Source of the DNA: Candidatus Dormiibacterota bacterium
GTDB taxonomy: Bacteria; Chloroflexota; Dormibacteria; Aeolococcales; Aeolococcaceae
Reading direction: 5' to 3'
Assembly: GCA_963718525.1 (NCBI GenBank)
Contig: OY970355.1
Location: 1,159,397-1,223,396 of the forward strand
DNA length: 64,000 bases
Part shown: piece after piece, positions 57,042-64,000 of the stretch
Layout: each line of letters opens with the position of its first letter
How positions within the stretch are numbered: position 1 is the stretch's first letter
The notes under the pieces: model-generated
Told to the model about the DNA's origin: nothing
The model's database searches: none
Seen by the model: the letters and a program-made list of their open reading frames with translations, nothing else
Translations under genes and position numbers: made by a program

Positions 57042-57524
57042 TCACTCGAGCTCGGTTGTTTCGGGCATCGAGATGTGGGGGCGGATGGCCGCGAGGAGCT
57101 CTCGCGCTCGCGCGAGTGCGTCGACGCCGATCACCGCACCGTGCGCATCCGCCCATGCCCTTTGCTTCGAGGCAATCCTCGCCAGCACCGATGTCCCTCG
57201 CGAAGTCAACGCTAGCAACTTGGCACGTCGATGATGGGGATTGGCCTGATACGCCGCCAGACCGTCGTCCACGAGCACGTCCGCGATGCGCTGGACCGGC
57301 TGACGTGCCATGCCGCGCCGGCGGGCGATGTCAGAGACCGTTGCAGGCTCGTCCGCGATTGCTTCGAGGATGACCCATCGCGCCAGGGATTGATCGCCTT
57401 CCCGGGCAAGTGCCTCGCCGGCGGCGGTGACGAAATGGCCGAAACCGCCGACCTCCACGACGAACGACGTGAAGGCATCGCCGGCAGGCGTCCGCGCTCC
57501 GCGTTCCGGGTGAGTTGACATCAC
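57042..57524 (-). CDS. MarR family transcriptional regulator
   Basis: ...TVSDIARRRGMARQPVQRIADVLVDDGLAAYQANPHHRRAKLLALTSRG is a winged HTH. Confidence 0.85.
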   Translation of the reverse strand: MMSTHPERGARTPAGDAFTSFVVEVGGFGHFVTAAGEALAREGDQSLARWVILEAIADEPATVSDIARRRGMARQPVQRIADVLVDDGLAAYQANPHHRRAKLLALTSRGTSVLARIASKQRAWADAHGAVIGVDALARARELLAAIRPHISMPETTELE

Positions 57525-57562
57525 AGTGTCAATCGCCTAGAATTCAGCATGACATCATGATG
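57512..57562. promoter_or_regulatory. Two TGACA/TGTCA palindromes, TTGACATCACAGTGTCAA and TGACATCATGATGTCA, in the MarR / epoxide-hydrolase divergent region (putative MarR operators)
   Basis: Read directly from the sequence: inverted repeats at 57512–57529 and 57547–57562. Confidence 0.5.
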
Positions 57563-57615
57563 TCAAACCTGGAGCGAGTTCGCAAGACAACAGGGGTTGT
57601 GCAGGAGGTTTCGCG

Positions 57616-58800
57616 ATGACTGACGAGGCTGTTGCCGGCGCCACCAACCCCGATCCGATCGAGTCGTTCCACATCGACGTGCCGGACTCGGAGCTCGAGG
57701 ATCTGCGCTTGCGCCTCGAGCAAACTCGGTGGCCCGACGAGCTTCCCGGAACCGGCTGGGACTACGGTGTGCCGCTCGACTACGTCCGCGAGCTTGTCGA
57801 CTACTGGCGCAGCGGCTACGACTGGCGTGCCCAGGAGGCCGGCCTCAATGCCTTCGAGCAGGGGCGCACGAGCATCGACGGCCAGCAGTTGCACTTCCTG
57901 CACGTCCGCTCGCCCGAGACCAATGCGCTCCCGCTGCTCATGATCCATGGATGGCCCGGTTCCATCGCCGAGTTCCTCGAAGTCATCGGCCCGCTCACCG
58001 ACCCCGTGGCGCACGGCGGCAACCCGTCCGACGCCTTTCACCTCGTGGTGCCCTCGCTGCCGGGGTTCGGCTTCTCCGGTCCCACAATGGACCGCGGGTG
58101 GAACAGCGGCCGCACCGCCGCCGCCTTCGCCGAGCTGATGCGCCGCCTCGGGTACGACCGCTACGGGGCGCAGGGTGGCGATCTCGGCGCGCTCGTCGCG
58201 CCCGAGCTCGGTCATGTCGACGCCGATCATGTGGTCGGAATCCACGTCAATGCCGCGACCGTCGGTTTCATTCCCTTCGGCGACCTCGATGCGAGCGAAC
58301 TCGCGACGCTGACGGAGGTCGAACGGGAACGTGTCGAGCAGATCAAGCAATTTCTCTCGCCGGCCGGGAGCGCGTACTTTCAGGTTCAGGGGACCAGGCC
58401 ACAGGTGATCGGCTTCGCGCTCACGGACTCGCCAGTCGGGCAGCTGACCTGGGCGCTCGACCGGATGGCCGCATGGACACAGGGACCGATCGCTGAGGCG
58501 CTGACGCGCGACCAGATTCTCACCAACGTGATGGTGTACTGGACGACGAGAACAGCGACGTCTGCGGCGCGCATGTACTACGAGAACATGCACGCACCCA
58601 TGTCGTGGGGGCGCGCGCCGTCACCGACACCGGTCGGCGTCGCGGCATTCGCCGAAGATGTCTCGATCCGGCGATACGCGGAGCGTGGCCACAACATCAC
58701 GCACTGGAGTGACTTCGAGCGCGGCGGGCATTTCGCCGCGATGGAGGCACCGGATCTGCTCATCGGCGACGTCCGTGAGTTCTTTCGTGGGCTGCGGTGA
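57616..58800 (+). CDS. Epoxide hydrolase (microsomal EH-like α/β-hydrolase with an EHN N-domain)
   Basis: FHIDVPDSELEDLRLRLEQTRWPDE...HGWPGS... typical EH N-domain and HGWP oxyanion motif. Confidence 0.85.
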   Translation: MTDEAVAGATNPDPIESFHIDVPDSELEDLRLRLEQTRWPDELPGTGWDYGVPLDYVRELVDYWRSGYDWRAQEAGLNAFEQGRTSIDGQQLHFLHVRSPETNALPLLMIHGWPGSIAEFLEVIGPLTDPVAHGGNPSDAFHLVVPSLPGFGFSGPTMDRGWNSGRTAAAFAELMRRLGYDRYGAQGGDLGALVAPELGHVDADHVVGIHVNAATVGFIPFGDLDASELATLTEVERERVEQIKQFLSPAGSAYFQVQGTRPQVIGFALTDSPVGQLTWALDRMAAWTQGPIAEALTRDQILTNVMVYWTTRTATSAARMYYENMHAPMSWGRAPSPTPVGVAAFAEDVSIRRYAERGHNITHWSDFERGGHFAAMEAPDLLIGDVREFFRGLR

Positions 58801-58821
58801 GCGGCCACGGCTCGGATGCCG

Positions 58822-60348
58822 CTAGCTGCCGGCGGCGTCGGTGCCAGTCCGCAGCGGCGGCCCATCGACCGCGCAGTGGAAGGGTTCCTCCACCGATCGC
58901 CGCTTCGCTCCCGGGCGCTGGGCGTTCCGGATGGTGGCGGCGGCGAGCAGGCCGCCCGCCGCGCAGATCACCGACGCGATGAACGCCGCGTGCTGAAAGC
59001 CGGTCTCGAACACCGCAGGGTGGAGGTAGCTGTCGCCGGTGATGCCGGCGACAGCAGGGAGCAGCGCGACCGCGAGCAGGCTGCCCGTGCGGGCCACGGT
59101 GTTGTTGACCGCGGACGCGAGACCGCTTCGTTCCGCTGGCGCGGAGGACATCGCGGTTGCGGTGAGCGGCGCGACCGTGATCGCGAGCCCGAGACCGAAC
59201 ACCAGCACGGCCGGCAGCACCTCCACGAGGTAGTTGCCACCGGCGTTGATCCGTGCAAAGAGGGCGAGCCCCGCGGCGACGACGAGCGGTCCGGCCGACA
59301 TCTGCAGGCGCGGTCCGATCCGTGCGGAGAGTGCGCCCGACCGCGATGAGAGCGCGAACATCATGAACGTGATCGGCAGCAGTGACGCGCCTGCGGCGGT
59401 GGGCCCGTAGTGCGATACCTGCTGGAGTTCGATGGGCAACAGGAAGAACATTCCCCCGAGCATCCCGTAGATCAGCAGCGTGACCGCGTTGGTGGCGCTG
59501 AACTGGCGGGACTTGAAGATGTCAAGCGGAACAATCGGCGCGCGCACGCGCAACTCGACGACCACGAACGCGACGGCGGCGACGGCTCCGATGAGGAGAG
59601 CACCGAGAACAACGTTGGACCCCCAGTTGCCGCTTGACCCCTGGATGAGCCCGTACGAGATGCCGACGAGCGCCAGCACGGTGAGCACGCTCCCGGCGAA
59701 GTCGATGTCGCCGGTGGCGTTCGGATCCCGCGACTCTGGGACATGGCGCATCGCGATGAAGATCACGGCGACGGCTATCGGCAGGTTGATCAGGAAGATC
59801 AGGCGCCACGACACCGCGGTGATCAAAAACCCGCCGACGAACGGTCCCAGTGCGGTGGCAACACCGCCGAGCCCGGACCAGGCGCCGATGGCGCGGCCGC
59901 GGTCCTCCTTCACAAACGACGCCTCGAGGATGGCGAGGCTTCCCGGCGTGAGCAGCGCGCCGCCGATACCCTGCAGGCCTCGTGCCGCGATCAGCAGGCC
60001 GATGTTGGGTGCGATCGCGCAGATCAGCGAAGCGATCGCGAACCACGTCACCCCGATGACGAAGATGCGCCTGCGCCCGTAGCGATCGGTCAGCGCGCCG
60101 GCGAGCAGGATGAGGCCGGCGACCGTGAGCAGGTATCCGGCAGACACCCACTGCAAGCCGGAGATCTGAGCGTGGAATTCCTTGCCGATCGCCGGCTGCG
60201 CGATGCCGACGACGGTGGCGTCGAGCTGCGCCATCGCGCTGCCGAGCACCGTCGCGGTGAGCACCCACCGCCCGCGGGCCGTGGCCAGATGGAGGCCGTC
60301 GGAGACTGGTGCGGTCCCGGCTCCCGGTGAGGGTCCCGCTTTAGTCAC
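58822..60348 (-). CDS. MFS transporter, DHA2 (EmrB/QacA) family
   Basis: 14-TM pattern, ...LTDRYGRRRIFVIGV... GTG start 60348 overlaps the TAA of the upstream MBL gene. Confidence 0.8.
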   Translation of the reverse strand: MTKAGPSPGAGTAPVSDGLHLATARGRWVLTATVLGSAMAQLDATVVGIAQPAIGKEFHAQISGLQWVSAGYLLTVAGLILLAGALTDRYGRRRIFVIGVTWFAIASLICAIAPNIGLLIAARGLQGIGGALLTPGSLAILEASFVKEDRGRAIGAWSGLGGVATALGPFVGGFLITAVSWRLIFLINLPIAVAVIFIAMRHVPESRDPNATGDIDFAGSVLTVLALVGISYGLIQGSSGNWGSNVVLGALLIGAVAAVAFVVVELRVRAPIVPLDIFKSRQFSATNAVTLLIYGMLGGMFFLLPIELQQVSHYGPTAAGASLLPITFMMFALSSRSGALSARIGPRLQMSAGPLVVAAGLALFARINAGGNYLVEVLPAVLVFGLGLAITVAPLTATAMSSAPAERSGLASAVNNTVARTGSLLAVALLPAVAGITGDSYLHPAVFETGFQHAAFIASVICAAGGLLAAATIRNAQRPGAKRRSVEEPFHCAVDGPPLRTGTDAAGS

Positions 60349-60997
60349 CCCATTCGACGTCGCCGAAGAAGCCCGCGGGTTTAGGGTGACGCTGATACGC
60401 GGCGACACCGCTCCGACTGGCGGCGATCGTGGTGGTCGTCCCGTGGCCCGGGAGCACGACCGTTTCCGCCGGCAATGGCAGCAACTTGGAAGTGATGCTC
60501 GCCATGATGGTTTCGAGGTCGCCGCGCGCGCTGGTCTTGCCCGGGCCACCGGCAAAGAGCGTGTCGCCGGAGATCACGGCCCTGCCGATGCGCAGCGAGA
60601 TGCTGCCCGGCGTGTGCCCCGGAGTGTGGATTACGGCGATCCGAACGTTGCCGACGGGAACCTCTGCGCCGTCGTCGAGGCGACCGTCGATGCGCTCCTC
60701 TGGAATCCTGATCTCGCTGCTCCCGACCAGGACCGGCGCCCCCGTTGCGGCGCGGACGGCGTCGTACGTCATCCAGTGATCTGGGTGCCAGTGGGTGGCG
60801 ATGACTGTCTGCACGCCGCCCTCGGCGGCAACGGCTTCGAGCAACGGCCCCTCATCCAGGGGCATGTCGACGAGCGCCGCCGCCCCGGCGCTGACGTCGC
60901 GCACCACGTACGCGTTGTTCCCGTACGGGCCCATCGGCCCGATCTTGACGATGCGGATATCACCGTCCTCGAAGGTGGTGATCTCAGCGCCGGCCAC
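60341..60997 (-). CDS. MBL-fold metallo-hydrolase (glyoxalase-II-like)
   Basis: VIATHWHPDHW (HxHxDH), ...IHTPGHTPGS... Confidence 0.85.
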   Translation of the reverse strand: MAGAEITTFEDGDIRIVKIGPMGPYGNNAYVVRDVSAGAAALVDMPLDEGPLLEAVAAEGGVQTVIATHWHPDHWMTYDAVRAATGAPVLVGSSEIRIPEERIDGRLDDGAEVPVGNVRIAVIHTPGHTPGSISLRIGRAVISGDTLFAGGPGKTSARGDLETIMASITSKLLPLPAETVVLPGHGTTTTIAASRSGVAAYQRHPKPAGFFGDVEWGD

Positions 60998-61634
60998 TCG
61001 CCACCGTCTTCGCGGGCCGCTTCTTCGCTGCGGGCGATGGCTTGGCGTCGCCTTGCACCGCCGCCTCGGCTCGCAACTTCGCCTTGAAAGCGCGCTTCTG
61101 CGCCTGGTAGTGCTCGCGCTCCGCCACCGTCCGCACGTCTGCGAGGGTCGGCCAATCGGGAGCGACCTTCTCCCATCCCTCGAGCCGCACGCCGAGGTGC
61201 TTGGCGACGACGCCGACCATCACCCGCGCTTTGGCGGTGCCGAATCCGGGCAGCGCCGCGAACCGCCGCAGCAGATCCTTCGCGTCCTTGGCTTCAGTCC
61301 AGATCCTGGTTGGATCTCCACCGTAGTCCGTGGCGATGATCTGGCAGAGCGTGTACACGCGTCGCGCCATGCTGACGGGAAAGCGATGCAGCGCCGGCGG
61401 GGTCTGGAACGCCTGCTCGACCTTGGAGGGGTCCATGCGCGCGACCTCGGCCGGGTCGATGGTGCCGAGTCGCTCCCGCATGCGCAGTGGACCCTGGAAC
61501 GCCCACTCGATCGGCACCTGCTGATCGAGGCAGAACCCAATAAGGAGCGCGGTGGGATCCTCACTGACAAGTCGATCCGCCGCGGGGTCGCCGGTCCACG
61601 CGAGTCGAAGGGTGGTCGCTGCCGTCTTGGCCAC
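60984..61634 (-). CDS. HhH-GPD-type base-excision DNA repair protein
   Basis: ...DPTALLIGFCLDQQVPIEWAF...ALPGFGTAKARVMVGVV... The start is uncertain (GTG 61634 vs ATG 61703). Confidence 0.6.
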   Translation of the reverse strand: MAKTAATTLRLAWTGDPAADRLVSEDPTALLIGFCLDQQVPIEWAFQGPLRMRERLGTIDPAEVARMDPSKVEQAFQTPPALHRFPVSMARRVYTLCQIIATDYGGDPTRIWTEAKDAKDLLRRFAALPGFGTAKARVMVGVVAKHLGVRLEGWEKVAPDWPTLADVRTVAEREHYQAQKRAFKAKLRAEAAVQGDAKPSPAAKKRPAKTVASGRR

Positions 61635-61701
61635 GGCGTGTACGGTAGCGCGCCGCGGTTCGGAACTGAGGGACAAGCGCGCGACTGCGTACACTCGGCG
61701 C

Positions 61702-61995
61702 ATGTCGTGGCTCGGGCGTCTTTTGGGGTCGAAGCCACCGGCTGCGCCGCTGAACAGCGTCGTCGTCGCGAGCGATCTCGTCCAGCCCCTGACCGCAGGT
61801 GGCGCCGGCCTCTCCACCGCGGTGGACACGGCGCTCCGAGCCTATCTGGAGGCGCAGGCCAAGGCGCTCGCCGCCGGCGAGCCTGAGCGCATTCCATTCT
61901 GGCTGCGGCGCGACGTGGATCAGGCCGGTGACCTCGAGGACGAGCTTCGCGATCGTGTCATCCAGCGGCGCGCGGCAGAGGACGAGGCACCCTGA
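61702..61995 (+). CDS. Small hypothetical protein
   Basis: In-frame ATG 61702, about 97 aa, divergent from the HhH-GPD gene. Confidence 0.35.
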   Translation: MSWLGRLLGSKPPAAPLNSVVVASDLVQPLTAGGAGLSTAVDTALRAYLEAQAKALAAGEPERIPFWLRRDVDQAGDLEDELRDRVIQRRAAEDEAP

Positions 61996-62020
61996 CCCGC
62001 GCTCGCCGGGGAGGCTGAGG

Positions 62021-63064
62021 GTGCGAGCGCTCGTGTTCACGGACTTCGGCGCCATCGAGATTGCAGACGTGCCGAAACCGGGCCTCGAGGAGCCCGGTGA
62101 TGCGTTGGTCCGTGTCACCAGAACCGCAATCTGCGGCAGCGACCTGCACGTGCTGCATGGACGGATTCCCGGAATGACCGCGGGCGGCGTTCTCGGGCAT
62201 GAGTTCGTCGGTGTCGTCGAGGCCGTGGACGGCCTCGTGACCCGTGTCAGGGAGGGCGATCGAGTTGTCGGCTCGTTCACGATTCCCTGCGGCAGTTGCT
62301 GGTACTGCGCGCGGCGGTTGTTCAGCCGGTGCCCGGATCAGCGCGTCTTCGGATACGGCTCGTTCTTCGGCGACGTCGCCGGCGCCCAGGCGGACTACGT
62401 TCGGGTGCCGAATGCCGACCTCGTCCTGCACGGCATTGACAACTCGATGAGCGACGAGCAGGCGCTGTTCGTCGGTGACATCTTCACCACCGGGTACGAC
62501 TGCGCGAGTGAAGCGCGAATCGAACCGGGAGACGTCGTCACAGTGGTCGGATGCGGACCCGTCGGCCTCATGGCGATCCTCGGGTCACGTCGCTTCGAGC
62601 CCTCGACGATCTATGCCGTCGACACGGTGTCGCATCGCCTGGAAATGGCACAGACCCTCGGCGCGGTGCCCGTCGACGCGAACGACGTCCACGTCCCGAG
62701 CTTCGTCCAGGATCGCACCGGGGGCCGCGGCGCCGACGCCGTCCTGGAGTGTGTCGGGCTCGTTCCCGCGCTGCTCGACTGCCTCGACATCGCGCGAGCC
62801 GGCGGACGGATCAGCGTGATCGGTGTGCACAGCGACCAGGAGCTAGCGCTGCCACTCAACATCACATTCATCAAAGCCATCGACCTGAAGTTCTGCGGCA
62901 CCGCCAACATCATCGGCAGATGGGACGACGCCATGGCGATGGTGACGAGCGGCGTCGCGCACCCTGACGCAATCATCTCGCACCGGCTGCGACTGGAGGA
63001 CGCGGTGCTGGGCTACGAGTTGTTCGAGCGGCGCGAGGCGCTGAAGGTCGTGCTCACCCCGTAG
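62021..63064 (+). CDS. Zinc-dependent alcohol dehydrogenase (MDR family)
   Basis: GTG 62021 with an RBS ggggaggctgagg. ICGSDLH...GHEFVGVV...C..C..C structural zinc, GCGPVGL Rossmann. Confidence 0.85.
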   Translation: MRALVFTDFGAIEIADVPKPGLEEPGDALVRVTRTAICGSDLHVLHGRIPGMTAGGVLGHEFVGVVEAVDGLVTRVREGDRVVGSFTIPCGSCWYCARRLFSRCPDQRVFGYGSFFGDVAGAQADYVRVPNADLVLHGIDNSMSDEQALFVGDIFTTGYDCASEARIEPGDVVTVVGCGPVGLMAILGSRRFEPSTIYAVDTVSHRLEMAQTLGAVPVDANDVHVPSFVQDRTGGRGADAVLECVGLVPALLDCLDIARAGGRISVIGVHSDQELALPLNITFIKAIDLKFCGTANIIGRWDDAMAMVTSGVAHPDAIISHRLRLEDAVLGYELFERREALKVVLTP

Positions 63065-63145
63065 GGACGGCGTTTCGCGCTTTGTGGTGCCATTCTGGCC
63101 CAGGATGGCTTGACATGGCATCAACTGTGGTGTCATAGTGGCGTC

Positions 63146-63676
63146 ATGGATCTACGCCCCTTCGTCGACAGCATTCATCAACAGCTCGCCGATGCGGCCG
63201 ACGCCGGCGGAGACGAGGCACGCGCCCTCGCCGAACGCCTTGCGGCGCCGCTCGACGCTGCCATCCGTCTGGCACTACAGGACGCGCTGGCAGCGGCAGC
63301 GGCCGAGATCACCTCCGAGCTCGCACCCGGATCCGTCGAACTCCGTCTCCGGGGACGCAATCCGGAATTCGTCGTCACGCCGCCGCCGGCGGAATCGGCT
63401 GCCGGCGACTTCGCCGGCACGCGCTATGACGGCGCGACATCTCCGGGACCGTTCGGCTCCGAGGACGTCGAGGACGGTGGGATGTCGCGCATCAATCTGC
63501 GCATGCCCGAGCACCTCAAAGCACGGGTCGAGCGGGCCGCAAGCAGCGAGGGAGTCTCGGTGAACAGCTGGCTGGTTCGAGCCGCAGGTTCGGCGCTTGA
63601 TCGAGTCGAATCGGGTCGCCGCCGCGATGGGCGCGCCGCCCCGGGACCAGGACGCTTCACGGGCTGGGTTCGCTAG
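63146..63676 (+). CDS. Hypothetical protein with a C-terminal ribbon-helix-helix (Arc/CopG-like) motif
   Basis: RINLRMPEHLKARVERAASSEGVSVNSWLVRA. Confidence 0.5.
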   Translation: MDLRPFVDSIHQQLADAADAGGDEARALAERLAAPLDAAIRLALQDALAAAAAEITSELAPGSVELRLRGRNPEFVVTPPPAESAAGDFAGTRYDGATSPGPFGSEDVEDGGMSRINLRMPEHLKARVERAASSEGVSVNSWLVRAAGSALDRVESGRRRDGRAAPGPGRFTGWVR

Positions 63677-63701
63677 CCCGTCCATATCAGAGGAGAGACT
63701 T

Positions 63702-64000
63702 CATGCCCACTTTTGCAACCCCCGCCCCGATCATCGTCACCCTCGACATCGGCGTCGGCGACATCCGGATCACCGCGAGTAATCGGGCCGAGACCACAGT
63801 CGAGGTCCGACCAACCAACCCCGCGAAGCAGGCCGATGTGGCCGCTGCCGGGCAGACCCGAGTCGAGTTCTCCGACGGGCACCTCCAGATCAGGGGACCG
63901 AAGGGCTGGCGGCGCTACTCGCCGATCGGGCCCAAGGAATCGATCGATGTGCAGATCGAGCTTCCCGAGGGCTCGCAGCTTCGCGGGGAGGCCGGTATTG
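63702..64000 (+). CDS. DUF4097-like β-strand repeat (putative adhesin/LiaF-C-like) protein; 5' part only, runs off the window end
   Basis: RBS gaggagag plus ATG 63702. MPTFATPAPIIVTLDIGVGDIRITASNRAETTVEVRPTN... The frame is open to the window end. Confidence 0.5.

Overview
This is a high-GC (~70%) chromosomal segment that looks like an actinobacterial-type genome. It is densely packed with about 65 protein-coding genes on both strands, two tRNA-Glu genes, and no CRISPR array or obvious mobile element. Many adjacent genes share 4–8 nt stop/start overlaps, consistent with operons.

Recognisable housekeeping genes include groEL preceded by a CIRCE-type operator, clpB, argS, gltX, galU, coaE, thiD, a pxpABC 5-oxoprolinase operon, a yhhQ–queF queuosine-salvage pair, a MoxR–DUF58–transglutaminase operon, an ECF sigma/anti-sigma pair, an Nramp transporter, several SDRs, MFS and ABC transporters, and a GGDEF cyclase. 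Several very long 'ORFs' in the six-frame track (10..1659 +, 3208..4461 -, 38339..40771 - and others) are same-register antisense artifacts of real genes on the other strand.

The most interesting locus is at 2.4–5.7 kb. It is a tightly coupled three-gene module: a small membrane protein, an 811-aa Rad50/SbcC-like ABC ATPase with a mid-coiled-coil CPVCG zinc hook, and a 130-aa Cys/His protein. No Mre11/SbcD nuclease partner is nearby. A SpoT-type HD (small-alarmone-hydrolase-like) gene sits divergently upstream and groEL sits downstream.

A second candidate novel module is at 44.1–46.9 kb. It is a translationally coupled three-gene operon: an unknown protein, an atypical receiver (REC)-domain protein, and a degenerate histidine-kinase-like (GHKL) ATPase. 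None of the three has a DNA-binding output domain or a canonical His-kinase dimerization H-box.
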